NCBI GenBank assembly: GCA_048939765.1
Contig: JBHLPF010000008.1
Span: forward strand, 2,712-66,711
Length of the DNA: 64,000 bases
Reading direction: 5' to 3'
Origin: Promethearchaeota archaeon
GTDB lineage: Archaea > Asgardarchaeota > Thorarchaeia > Thorarchaeales > Thorarchaeaceae
In this document: one piece after another, positions 29,272-39,213 of the stretch
How positions within the stretch are numbered: position 1 is the first letter of the stretch
How the letters are laid out: each line of letters opens with the position of its first letter
Notes under the pieces: model-generated
Databases searched by the model: none
Told to the model about the DNA's origin: nothing
The model's input: the letters and a program-made list of their open reading frames with translations, nothing else
Translations under genes and position numbers: made by a program

Positions 29272-30228
29272 ATGAGCAAAATGGCTGAAGGAAAGGGAAG
29301 GTTCATACCTGCATTCATTTTCATTCTTGTCGGCATTGCCGCAGCCGTATATGCGGTCATCAGGATTACCGGGATAATTGGGGGTCCATTGGCATCGACT
29401 GACCTGGTTCGACAGATAGACGGTGGATTTGCAATTGATACGATTACTGTCATGGCCATTGTACTCCCTATCTACTTCGTAGAGTTCATCTTGTTTGCTG
29501 TTCCGATTGCTGCCATCATGATGCTTATGAACAAGCTCTATCGCACGAAATCCTACACTCAGAGTGTGATACCTGTTGGTAATAGATTCGGAGCGTCGCG
29601 CATCATTCGAAGGGCTCTAGTCCCTGCACTATTTGCATTGTCATTTAGTGAAATCATGATCCAAATATTCCCTGACACGATCCTGGCCGTTCCCGTATAT
29701 CCTGCAGAAGTTGCCTACACTGGTGTCGTACGCCTAACTGAACCCTTGATCTGGCTTCTAGGAGCCCTGATTGCCGTGGCAGTTGCGGTTCCGTTGTATT
29801 CACCGACGTGGATTCTCAATGACTCTGGCATTGTGACTCATTTGAAGAAGAATGAATTGGAGATGAGGAGATGTCCGGATACGGAGGGCGTGGGCAAATG
29901 GTTCGGTCAGTATCTCACCGGTTTTGCAATTCTATCCTACCCAGTTGCGATTGCAAGCAAGTTCATCATGGTTCTGCCGCGACTCATCCTTGAACGTGGA
30001 GGGACAATAGGTTGGGACTATATCTTAGAGAGCCTTGTCTGGATAGCTGGTCTGCCTCTTATCGTGATGGCATTCATTCTGCCTGTGATTATTGCAAACG
30101 AATTAGCTCTCCCCAAAACGTCATCAATCATACAAAGGGTTGCAAGAGGTTTCGGTGCGGGAGATCTCAGACTTGAGGATGTGGAGCCATTTCCAAATCG
30201 GGATGATGCTGGGTACTCAGTGCAGTAG
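29272..30228 (+). CDS. Multi-pass hypothetical membrane protein
   Basis: About 6 hydrophobic segments; WILNDSGIV loop. Confidence 0.7.
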   Translation: MSKMAEGKGRFIPAFIFILVGIAAAVYAVIRITGIIGGPLASTDLVRQIDGGFAIDTITVMAIVLPIYFVEFILFAVPIAAIMMLMNKLYRTKSYTQSVIPVGNRFGASRIIRRALVPALFALSFSEIMIQIFPDTILAVPVYPAEVAYTGVVRLTEPLIWLLGALIAVAVAVPLYSPTWILNDSGIVTHLKKNELEMRRCPDTEGVGKWFGQYLTGFAILSYPVAIASKFIMVLPRLILERGGTIGWDYILESLVWIAGLPLIVMAFILPVIIANELALPKTSSIIQRVARGFGAGDLRLEDVEPFPNRDDAGYSVQ

Positions 30229-30817
30229 GGCTTGGCTCCCATGGAGTGTCGACGAATAGCACCTTATGCGGTCGCGATTTGCGATCGATTATGACATGCC
30301 CTCTGTCCGCTAGTATCTTGACATACTTCTGGACTTTTCCCTTCTTGACCTTGCTCTTTGCTGCGAGGTCCGCATAGGTTCCTCCTCTGGATTGTTGGAT
30401 TACACAGAGGAGCTGATACTCCGGGAGATTGAGAACAATGGATCTTAGCGAGTCGTTTTCGCGAAGCACACCTTCTTCGTCCATAGAAAGCAATCTGGAG
30501 ATCTCTGCTTTCAACTTCGAGATCTCAGCCACGAGGGTAGCTCTATCTGATTCAAAACGAGAGAATACACCGCTGGAAGCATGCAGTAGCTCAGCGCTCA
30601 AATCATTGGCGAGACCATCAATTGCCTCTCTAGACGCTAGACGAGCCTCTCTCACTAGACCAGTAAGGTCACTGGAGTCAAGCCATTCCCCCATAATGAG
30701 TCTCTCAAGCTCAGTATAGTAATTCTCTAGTCTGCGCACCCAGAGGTCTCGTTTGCTCTGAAGTACACCAGCGATTCTTAGGGTAGACCTTGCAGCGGCA
30801 TCTTCATGATTACTCAT
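30167..30817 (-). CDS. Coiled-coil protein with C-terminal winged helix
   Basis: Heptad segment followed by TYADLAAKSKVKKGKVQKYVKILADRGHV. Confidence 0.65.
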   Translation of the reverse strand: MSNHEDAAARSTLRIAGVLQSKRDLWVRRLENYYTELERLIMGEWLDSSDLTGLVREARLASREAIDGLANDLSAELLHASSGVFSRFESDRATLVAEISKLKAEISRLLSMDEEGVLRENDSLRSIVLNLPEYQLLCVIQQSRGGTYADLAAKSKVKKGKVQKYVKILADRGHVIIDRKSRPHKVLFVDTPWEPSPTALSTQHHPDLEMAPHPQV

Positions 30818-30897
30818 CTAGCTCACTCTAGATTCTACTGTATCGACTGAAAATAGGGGCTAGTGTCACAGGGATATGATGGACCATCATACATAAT

Positions 30898-31674
30898 CTA
30901 GATCCATGTGATGCTGTCCAGCAATTCTTCGATAGGTCGTGGGAAATAGTCCTGGTGCTTCAACCTTGAGTCGGCAGCAAGTTCTGTGCCTCTATCAAAG
31001 ACCAAGTGTTCAAGCTTCATCGCTCCAAAGATGGAAGAGATGTTCAATGTCTTGAAGTTATTTCCATTCAAGAGCAGATATCGCAGGTCAGTGAATCTTG
31101 CCAGAGGCGATAGGTCTAGCCTTGTAAGGTTATTATTGGCGAGTACCAGATACTGCAGGCGTGTGCATCTGACCAAGGGCATGAGATTCACCTCACCAAG
31201 TTGGTTGTTTGAAAGGTAAAGCCACTTCATGCCTCTCAGATTCGCAAGGGGTGAAAGGTCGATGCTACTTAGCTTATTCTGTGACAAGTCAAGAGCTTGT
31301 AGCTTTGAGGATCGGCTGAGCGGCGAGAGATCTATCAATTCAATCTGGTTGTCGCTTAGGATCAACATCCTCATATTAGCACATTCATACAAAGGACCGA
31401 GGTCGACCTCCGAAATAGCATTGGACTTGAGGTTTACAGTTTCCAGATCCCTCAGCGATGCCAACGGGACCAAGCTGATGTTGGCTATATTCATACCTTT
31501 CAGATCGAGATCAGTGACATAGATGTCTTTGTCAGTTTGAAGTTGTTCGCCAACCTCTGTGGTGAATCTAATTACGACCCTACCCAGTTCTACCGACTCC
31601 TCTCTCAGGCTGTTTTTTACAGGGCAAATTGCCTCATGACTTTTACGCTCATCGCGTATCGTACACTTTTGCAT
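30898..31674 (-). CDS. Leucine-rich repeat protein
   Basis: About 8 copies of a 22-aa LxxLxLSxNxLxxIDLSPL repeat; true start may be CTG 31587. Confidence 0.92.
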   Translation of the reverse strand: MQKCTIRDERKSHEAICPVKNSLREESVELGRVVIRFTTEVGEQLQTDKDIYVTDLDLKGMNIANISLVPLASLRDLETVNLKSNAISEVDLGPLYECANMRMLILSDNQIELIDLSPLSRSSKLQALDLSQNKLSSIDLSPLANLRGMKWLYLSNNQLGEVNLMPLVRCTRLQYLVLANNNLTRLDLSPLARFTDLRYLLLNGNNFKTLNISSIFGAMKLEHLVFDRGTELAADSRLKHQDYFPRPIEELLDSITWI

Positions 31675-31755
31675 TTGTGCATCGATGTAAAAAGGTTCTG
31701 GGAATTACAGACTGAAACCAAGTCATGCAAGTTCCATATTGTGGAACCATGACTT

Positions 31756-32313
31756 TTAGTAATTCACAACACGAGTCCTCTCGACATGAGCCCATGGAAT
31801 AGGGTCCGGCGTTGTCTTCTTAATTCGATTCACAAGTTCTAGCATCCCTTCTGGATTGTGAATGTCGCCAAACTCCATTGTGGCTTCCTCCTCATCGCCC
31901 TTTGTGTATATTCTGAGGGCGCCGAGGTTTATCACCCTTGAATGAGGAGAGCTATAGATCTCAAATCTATCAATCTCATCATAGAAGACTCTGGTCGTTA
32001 ATCTCTTGTATGAGCCTTTCATCACGCGTAAGTTCCATGTTGTGACAACATAGACAGTGTATCTCTTCTTGTATTCCCCAATGCCCCATAGGAGTAAAGC
32101 GAAGAACATTCCTCCCATGCCCAACCACCACGCCAGCTCATCATACGCTACAACTCCAGCGGCAACCGATATCATGGAGAGCCAGCTTATAATGAAAAAC
32201 ACAGCACCGAGAACGTACAGGTACAGGAATCCTGTTCGTGCTGGATGAAATGTCGCCAGAAGTTTCTCGCGGTTCTCCTGTGGAATGCTTAACTCCTCGG
32301 TCATGGGGATCAT
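31756..32313 (-). CDS. 2-TM protein with bacterial PH (bPH_2) domain
   Basis: Two TMs, then YVVTTWNLRVMKG..RVFYDEI..RVINLGALRIYT. Confidence 0.75.
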   Translation of the reverse strand: MIPMTEELSIPQENREKLLATFHPARTGFLYLYVLGAVFFIISWLSMISVAAGVVAYDELAWWLGMGGMFFALLLWGIGEYKKRYTVYVVTTWNLRVMKGSYKRLTTRVFYDEIDRFEIYSSPHSRVINLGALRIYTKGDEEEATMEFGDIHNPEGMLELVNRIKKTTPDPIPWAHVERTRVVNY

Positions 32314-32483
32314 GGAAGGTGACCATCATATCGCTCTTATCAAGTTGTCGTGGGTAATCATCTAGGAATTATCGTTCCTTCCTCGGGAATGATACATTTT
32401 CCATCAGGAAATTCATGTTGGAATTGCTTGCAAAACGATTTTGGCCTCCTAGAGAGCCTATTCATTTAGAAATGATTGAGTCA

Positions 32484-34259
32484 CTAGAATCCTTTGTAGC
32501 ATGGCTTGCCTAGTAATAGAAGGAGTTCCTTTCTCAGACTCTGTTCTTGAATGAATCCATTCAATTCAACATCACAGAATCTAATTGTGGGCAATACAGG
32601 CATCTCATCCTCAGGCAATTCCACATTCGGGTCATCGACATTGATTGATTCCACAATCGAGCTAGCAATGCTGAGCTCTTCCATGAGTCGCATCAACAGG
32701 TCAAAAACAGGTTCACACCAGAAGCAGTGAGTCGATTTATAGAAGGTGATGCATTTCTTGCCACCACAGGGCAATTCAGTTTCGTCTGTCCATGCTGGGA
32801 AGACACATACAAACTTAGCTCCCTGTGATGGATCTCCCTCGACGCGGTCCTCAACCCATATCTGGCCATTAAGACTTCTCACAATATTATCTGCCAGTGT
32901 AAGTCCTAGACCTCTTCCAACTACTTGAGCGTCAGGATGCCCGCTTCTCTTGAAGATAAACTCCTTCAATGGGTCTAGGATGCCGGGGCCATAGTCAGCA
33001 AACTCAATTCGTACAAGTCGCGTGTCAATAATCTGCGCAATGATGTCTATCTCCACTAGTTTCCTCTCATCATACATAGCAGAATTGTGGATTATATTGA
33101 ACAGGACTTGTGAGAGGTACTGATGTCCCGGTATGTAGAATTTCCCTTCAGTAATGTTCGTGTTTACCTTTAGTTCTTTCCAATGAAAGTCTATTCTTAC
33201 AGATTCTACTGCTGCAACAAGGTGATTATAGATATCCGTCTTTTCAAGACTTGGTGGCTGGTCCTTAAGTGCCATGAATGTCCTCATGTTAGCAATCATT
33301 CTTGCTGATCGTCTCACATTCCATGTTGCTTGCTCCATTTGTGCCTGGAGACTTTCTGGGATGTCCATTTGTGATTCCAATAGGCCCATTGCAAACAGAA
33401 TCGATTGGTTGATGTTGTTGAGGTCGTGAGTCGCGACTTCAAGGTAAAGATTAGCGCGCTCCTCTTCCATCCTCTCTCGTTTCTCTGCAGTCTTTCTTCG
33501 ATCTATATCAAGTGCCATAAGTCCAATTCGACTGGATTTGCCCGGCTTGTCCAGAGGACCGGCTGTGATGCTTACCCAAATGGGCTTGCCATCAGCCTTT
33601 CTCATCATAATCTCCACGCCCGTCACTGCGCCGCCTTGAAGTATCTCATTGAAGACGAGCTTTCCAGCCTGACTATCAACGGGGTCTCCAGGAAGAAAAG
33701 TTTCAATATTCCTCCGGATCATTTGTTCCTCTTTGTGGCCTAGGAGTCGCATGGCGGCCTGATTCACCTGGAGAATAATGCCTCTGGGGCTTAGGGTGAA
33801 GTAGGCGATTGGTGAGGAATCAAACAGCTGGCGATATCGCGATTCGGATTGTTCAATGGCAGCTTCCAGCTTGAGCTGCTGAGTGATATCTCGTACTATC
33901 CCGACCCTGGCTGGAGCTCCCTGATAGACAAAGTCTGCAAGACTGATCTCCGCCATGACTGAGCGGCCAGTTCTGGTGACTAAGCGAATACGATGACTTG
34001 GACCGGCGTCTGATGAGATGTCGACACTCTCAATCTGTTCTGCGAATTGATGAGAAGTTGTTGGGTCAAGAATTCGAGCAAAATCTTGCCCTAGTAGTTC
34101 ACTCTCTTCATACTCCAAAAGCTTTGAGAGCGCTGGATTCACCATCGCAATCTGATCGTCTTGAATCACAACAATTCCATCATTCGCCATCTGGAGGATG
34201 CTCTTGTACCTGTCATTTGATTCAGGGTATTCCTCAGGCACACAAAACACATCCAGCAT
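32484..34259 (-). CDS. PAS-PAS sensor histidine kinase with C-terminal thioredoxin-like CxxC domain
   Basis: Two PAS/PAC domains; H-box ATHDLNN, N-box NIIHNS, DYGPGI, GRGLGL; C-terminal FYKSTHCFWCEP..VLPTI. Confidence 0.9.
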   Translation of the reverse strand: MLDVFCVPEEYPESNDRYKSILQMANDGIVVIQDDQIAMVNPALSKLLEYEESELLGQDFARILDPTTSHQFAEQIESVDISSDAGPSHRIRLVTRTGRSVMAEISLADFVYQGAPARVGIVRDITQQLKLEAAIEQSESRYRQLFDSSPIAYFTLSPRGIILQVNQAAMRLLGHKEEQMIRRNIETFLPGDPVDSQAGKLVFNEILQGGAVTGVEIMMRKADGKPIWVSITAGPLDKPGKSSRIGLMALDIDRRKTAEKRERMEEERANLYLEVATHDLNNINQSILFAMGLLESQMDIPESLQAQMEQATWNVRRSARMIANMRTFMALKDQPPSLEKTDIYNHLVAAVESVRIDFHWKELKVNTNITEGKFYIPGHQYLSQVLFNIIHNSAMYDERKLVEIDIIAQIIDTRLVRIEFADYGPGILDPLKEFIFKRSGHPDAQVVGRGLGLTLADNIVRSLNGQIWVEDRVEGDPSQGAKFVCVFPAWTDETELPCGGKKCITFYKSTHCFWCEPVFDLLMRLMEELSIASSIVESINVDDPNVELPEDEMPVLPTIRFCDVELNGFIQEQSLRKELLLLLGKPCYKGF

Positions 34260-34377
34260 GCAGTTGACGTATATTCCAATGTTATGGTATTCAATGCAAT
34301 AGGCTTAGCTGATTTGGAACGCTCATAATGTTTGTTGGTCTGGTGTTACCTTTGGCATACGACAGAGCCGCATGGAT

Positions 34378-34402
34378 AACATTTTAATAGTTTTAAAATG
34401 TT
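34378..34402. promoter_or_regulatory. Inverted-repeat operator overlapping the promoter of the ArsR / P-type ATPase operon
   Basis: AACATTTTAA-TAGTT-TTAAAATGTT immediately upstream of the ArsR gene. Confidence 0.65.
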
Positions 34403-34410
34403 GAAATGTT

Positions 34411-34734
34411 GTGATGGTTCGAGCAATGAAACAGAAGACAGTCGGCCTGGACATGATGGATGCTCAGAAAGTAGCGCGATTATTCTCTACTCTAAAAGAT
34501 GAGTCGAGAGTGAGAACAGTCTATCTCCTTACGCAGGAGGAAAAGCTGTCCGTTTCTGAGATCGCAGAAAGGACCGGCCAGCATATCAGTACTGTTAGTC
34601 TCCATCTGAAAAGACTCAAGGATCTCGGCTTTGTGAGATATGAGCGTGACGGGAAGCATGTCTATCACATGCTGGACGATGATTGCATCAGAGACATCAT
34701 GGAGAGGGCGATAGAACATGTTGCTGGAAAGTGA
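34411..34734 (+). CDS. ArsR/SmtB family metal-responsive repressor
   Basis: FSTLKDESRVR, SVSEIAE..STVSLHLKRLK..VRYERDGKHVY; start may be slightly downstream. Confidence 0.92.
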   Translation: MMVRAMKQKTVGLDMMDAQKVARLFSTLKDESRVRTVYLLTQEEKLSVSEIAERTGQHISTVSLHLKRLKDLGFVRYERDGKHVYHMLDDDCIRDIMERAIEHVAGK

Positions 34735-36622
34735 AGCAACATGCACTCATTGTGCCAAGCATGAAGAAGAAGACGCCAAGATAAGCATGAGTGAAAGGTA
34801 TATTCATGCGTTCCTAGCATCTATCACTTGGATGGTGGCAATTCTTGTTGAGCTATTCTGGCAAAATCAATTGTTTGTCTATGGGCTATCAATCGCTGCC
34901 ATTCTATTAGCAGGGAGATGGATCATACCAAGGGGTCTACGAGGGGCTGCCAAGATTCATCTGGACATTAATTTCCTTATGACCTTTGCAGCCTTTGCGG
35001 CACTCCTCATTGGTGCACCCTTAGAGGGAGCTGCAGCTATGTATCTCTTCTTCATCGCCAACCTTCTCGAGGACCGTGCGAACGAGCGAGTTCGGAATGA
35101 CATCCACGGACTACTAGAGCTAGCCCCACCTATGATTTCGATTAGGACTTCAGCGGGGATCATGGATGTGCCGGTGGAATCTGGACAGATAGGTGAAGTC
35201 TTCGTCGTGAGACCTGGGGACAGAATCGGCCTTGATGGAATTGTTGTGGCTGGCACGACGAGTGTGAACCAGAGCCCGATAACAGGAGAATCCGTGCCTG
35301 TGTCAAAACAGGTTGGCGATATAGTATACGCTGGAACGATAAATATGGACGGCTCTGTTGAGATTGAGATCACGCATTCTTCTTGTGAAACCGTGCTCTC
35401 TCGAATAGCTTCACTTGTTGATGAAGCCCGAAACAAGAGGTCTCCAACTGAGAAATTGGTTTCCAGGCTCTCTCATCGATACACTCCAATGGTTGTAGGT
35501 GCTTCAGTGCTAATGGCACTACTAACATTCGCCTTCGGGTTCACCCTAGAGGAGGCAATCTACAGAGGGCTCACCTTGCTTGTCACATCTTGCCCTTGCG
35601 CTTTTGTCATTTCAATTCCAGTTAGCATGGTCAGTTCGATTGCTGGCTCTGCAAGGAGTGGCGTTCTTGTCAAGGGCTCTGAATACATCGAAGCACTGAG
35701 CAACTCATCAGTAGTTGCATTTGATAAGACAGGCACCCTGACTGAGGGAGTACTTCAAGTCGAGAGTATCACACCAGTAAATGGATCGAGCAGAGAGGAA
35801 GTTCTGCAACTGGCAGCATCATTAGAGATGTTTTCAGAACACCCTATTTCCCGAGCAATCGCACAATTAGCTGAGATAGAACGGGTGACTCCAAGTGAAG
35901 TAGATTCCTTTCAGGCAGTAGCCGGACGAGGTGTCAAAGGAATAATCGCTGGGGAAAGAGTTGTCGCTGGAAACAAGGGTCTTATGGCAGATGAAGGGAT
36001 TGATTTCGATGGCGAAGCATCTTCAGCCATTGGAACAAATGTCTACGTAGCAAGGAATGGCACTCGCGTTGGGACTATTAGACTCATGGACTCAGTTCGT
36101 CACACTGCTAGGAGAGCAATCCAGAATCTCTCCACGATGGGAATAAGGTCCATAATGCTTACAGGGGATAACCATGCCACAGCCAGTTATGTCGCAGAGT
36201 TTCTGCAAGTAGATGAATTTCACGCGGACCTCCTTCCTCACGAGAAAGTGGAAACTATGAAAGCCATCTCCGACGAAGGAACCCATCTCTTCATAGGCGA
36301 TGGAATCAATGATGCTCCAGCTATGGCTGCTTCTGATGTATCGGTGGCCATGGGCGTCATTGGATCGGATTTGGCTTTGGAGACAGCTGACGTTGCTTTG
36401 ATGGAGGACGATTTGGAGAAGATTCCCATTCTCATTCAACAAGCCAAGAAGACAATGTCTATTGTGAAACAGAACATTGCAGTTTCAATTGGAATAAAAG
36501 CCGCGGTGGCTATTTTAGCCATAGCCGGATTGGCAACACTCTGGCTTGCAGTCGGGGTGGGCGATATGGGAGTTTCATTGCTTGTGATCGCAAATGCCTT
36601 GCGACTCGCCATTCGTCGCTAG
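34718..36622 (+). CDS. Heavy-metal P1B-type ATPase (ZntA/CadA-like)
   Basis: TGES, SCPC, DKTGTLT, SEHP, MLTGDN, GDGINDAP; N-terminal CTHC. Confidence 0.93.
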   Translation: MLLESEATCTHCAKHEEEDAKISMSERYIHAFLASITWMVAILVELFWQNQLFVYGLSIAAILLAGRWIIPRGLRGAAKIHLDINFLMTFAAFAALLIGAPLEGAAAMYLFFIANLLEDRANERVRNDIHGLLELAPPMISIRTSAGIMDVPVESGQIGEVFVVRPGDRIGLDGIVVAGTTSVNQSPITGESVPVSKQVGDIVYAGTINMDGSVEIEITHSSCETVLSRIASLVDEARNKRSPTEKLVSRLSHRYTPMVVGASVLMALLTFAFGFTLEEAIYRGLTLLVTSCPCAFVISIPVSMVSSIAGSARSGVLVKGSEYIEALSNSSVVAFDKTGTLTEGVLQVESITPVNGSSREEVLQLAASLEMFSEHPISRAIAQLAEIERVTPSEVDSFQAVAGRGVKGIIAGERVVAGNKGLMADEGIDFDGEASSAIGTNVYVARNGTRVGTIRLMDSVRHTARRAIQNLSTMGIRSIMLTGDNHATASYVAEFLQVDEFHADLLPHEKVETMKAISDEGTHLFIGDGINDAPAMAASDVSVAMGVIGSDLALETADVALMEDDLEKIPILIQQAKKTMSIVKQNIAVSIGIKAAVAILAIAGLATLWLAVGVGDMGVSLLVIANALRLAIRR

Positions 36623-36623
36623 A

Positions 36624-38207
36624 TTAGCGAAATGAGCCCATCGCATGAACGCCTGCCTGTAGAAACATGAACACGATTATCAATGTGTAGAATGGAAGCG
36701 CGACTAGTATCAGCTGCTCATGTGCTAATGCTGCCACCAAGCCGATCAAGGCCGCACCTAGTGTGAGATTAATTACCGGAAACGAGAATGCTAATGGAAC
36801 AGGCAAAATCCTAGGGTCATTTGTGACAACCGGGACATAGGCACCAATAGCTACTCCAGTTGCCGTAAACATTAGAATCAGAGGAGCTGCTAGACTGAGC
36901 AAGGACACAAATCCTTCGACACGGAAGAAATATGCAATGAACCCTAGAATTGGAATTGCCGCCATTGCCACCTCAATAAGGCTCAGTAGATATTTCGCGA
37001 GTACTATATCTATTGGCTTGAATGGACTAGCCTTCAATAGATAGATGTTTTCCTGCTCATCTACGAAACTCAAGAGACTAGTGACGCTGCTGAGCTGAAT
37101 CATGAGAAGCACAATGATTAGAAAGGCTGGAATTGCGGTTGAAATGAGATCTGGTGGAATCTGGAAGGGAGCGAGGCTGGCTGGCCGAAAGACGTTGATG
37201 TACACGACAAAGGCAGTCCCAAGGGCGACATACACATATTTCCAAATCTGAAGCGGGCTTCGCATTCTTGACCAGAAGTCCTTGAGCATAATCCAAAACA
37301 TCGGATCTGAAAACCTGGTTTGTGTGAAGTCTATCTGACCTCTGATGATCTTGCTGAAGCGGCCCTCGACCTTTTCTCTCCCAACTGCCGCTGCAAAGAT
37401 CTCGTAGTAGGCAGAGTCACAGAGGGTAGCTAGGAGAAGGAATGAGATTAGAAAACCGAGTGGGAGGAAAACCAGACCTATGATTGGACCATATCCCCAG
37501 GCTAGGACGCCTGTGACTTCAGTCACTATGTAAGCAAAGGCGTTTGAAGGAAACGTCATGGCCTCTGAGTATCTTCCCGTTATCTGAGGGATGGTAGGGA
37601 GAAATACTGCGAGTCCAAGAAGAACAACAAACATATGCCTTAAGGGATGGCGAGTTCGCTTCTCTAGTTTGATTCTAAGGTAGGATGCAATTCCACCAAA
37701 GAAGTAGTTCACTTCAAAATACACAATAGTGGCGACAAGGAGGAGAAACAGTGGGATGAACAAGAGGTTTGCTGAGGTCACAATTGGCAATATTGCAGTG
37801 ATTCCTGCAATGACAAAGACGAGCTTTCGGACGAATCTTCGAATATATCTGCTCATGAAGAGCTGATATGGCTTGACAGGTGCACCCAGCATAATTGCCT
37901 CATCATCTCCAGTCAAGGAAGCAGCCACACCAATTCCGAAATATCCCCCCACAACAGACGATAATGTCAGAACACCCATTGCAGCAAAAAGTGTCCCACG
38001 ATCAAGCACTTCTTCAACCATCACTCCTAGCACGAACACAACGTCGCGAAAGCTCAAGACCGTTGATATGATTGAGCTGACGAAATACACGCCGATGATA
38101 GTTATCGCATAGAACATCAACATCGATGGACTTCTAATAGTACGCTTGAACTGGTTCCACAACATCCTAACTTCATTCTTAGCCAAGGTAAAGGTGGTGT
38201 TGACCAA
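36624..38207 (-). CDS. Putative ABC exporter permease
   Basis: About 12 TM with duplicated ABC-2-like halves; downstream of an ABC ATPase. Confidence 0.78.
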   Translation of the reverse strand: MVNTTFTLAKNEVRMLWNQFKRTIRSPSMLMFYAITIIGVYFVSSIISTVLSFRDVVFVLGVMVEEVLDRGTLFAAMGVLTLSSVVGGYFGIGVAASLTGDDEAIMLGAPVKPYQLFMSRYIRRFVRKLVFVIAGITAILPIVTSANLLFIPLFLLLVATIVYFEVNYFFGGIASYLRIKLEKRTRHPLRHMFVVLLGLAVFLPTIPQITGRYSEAMTFPSNAFAYIVTEVTGVLAWGYGPIIGLVFLPLGFLISFLLLATLCDSAYYEIFAAAVGREKVEGRFSKIIRGQIDFTQTRFSDPMFWIMLKDFWSRMRSPLQIWKYVYVALGTAFVVYINVFRPASLAPFQIPPDLISTAIPAFLIIVLLMIQLSSVTSLLSFVDEQENIYLLKASPFKPIDIVLAKYLLSLIEVAMAAIPILGFIAYFFRVEGFVSLLSLAAPLILMFTATGVAIGAYVPVVTNDPRILPVPLAFSFPVINLTLGAALIGLVAALAHEQLILVALPFYTLIIVFMFLQAGVHAMGSFR

Positions 38208-38226
38208 GTTCAGTCACCTCTATGGG

Positions 38227-39114
38227 CTATTCCGGGATGCCTCCCGTAAGTTCGAGGAAAACTTCTTCCAGATTCGTTGCACGTTTGCTTTCATTGAGCA
38301 GCTCTTTCAGAGTCCCCCGCCCTACAACCTTGGCGTCATTCATTATAACAAATCGATCGCACAGGCTCTCCGCCACTTCTAGAATGTGAGTGGATATGAG
38401 AATGGCTGACTTCTCCTTCTTCAGATCATTGAGATGCGCCTTGAGGCTCCAAGCACCTCGTGGGTCGAGTCCATAGATGGGCTCATCGAGAGCAAGAACA
38501 AAAGGCGGCTCTCTAACAAATATACCGACAAGGAGGGCTCTTTGCAGATTTCCCTTGGAGAGTGTTCCGACGTAGTTATCAAGATACTCCCGGAGTTGGA
38601 ACTTGTCAAGATAATGACTCATCCGAACAAGGGTCTCTTCATTTGGGACATCGTAGATTCGGCCCATAAACATCAGGTATTCTCTCACTGTTAGGCTAGG
38701 ATAGCAAGTGGGCTTTTCTGGAATATATCCAATAAGATTCTTCGCTGGAATTGGTGCTTTCTGAATATCATGGCTGCCCACGTAGACCTCCCCTCCACTT
38801 GGCTTGATTATCCCGGTCAGGACACGAAGTGTTGTTGTCTTTCCCGCGCCATTGGGCCCAACAAGGCCAACGATTTCTCCAGGAGAAACTTTGAGGTCTA
38901 GTCTGTCGACGGCCAACGTACTGCCGAAGCTCTTCGACATTCCCTTGATATCGATGGCAGGGTCAGGAAGCATCTTTGGTTTGTCAGTTCTCTTTTCCTT
39001 TCGTTCTTGCATGGCGCTAGTCAATTCTTCGACGAGCCAACTTCGCTTCACCGCACGACTAGCGATTGGTACTTTCAGGACACGAGCGAGTCTCACTAGC
39101 TCATCATCGGTCAT
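38227..39114 (-). CDS. ABC transporter ATP-binding protein with N-terminal helical extension
   Basis: GPNGAGKTT, LSKGNLQR, LDEP, STH. Start ATG 39114. Confidence 0.92.
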   Translation of the reverse strand: MTDDELVRLARVLKVPIASRAVKRSWLVEELTSAMQERKEKRTDKPKMLPDPAIDIKGMSKSFGSTLAVDRLDLKVSPGEIVGLVGPNGAGKTTTLRVLTGIIKPSGGEVYVGSHDIQKAPIPAKNLIGYIPEKPTCYPSLTVREYLMFMGRIYDVPNEETLVRMSHYLDKFQLREYLDNYVGTLSKGNLQRALLVGIFVREPPFVLALDEPIYGLDPRGAWSLKAHLNDLKKEKSAILISTHILEVAESLCDRFVIMNDAKVVGRGTLKELLNESKRATNLEEVFLELTGGIPE

Positions 39115-39213
39115 CACCTGAATTACAGATAGTTCTATACTCAGCCGAAATGCCTCCAGCCACTGTGTCAATGAGCAGTCAATTGTTGAGATTTGAATTA
39201 ACGACATAATAAA

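Noticed and set aside
30980-31520. 66-bp periodicity
   Set aside because: Degenerate protein-level LRR repeats, not a repeat-spacer array.
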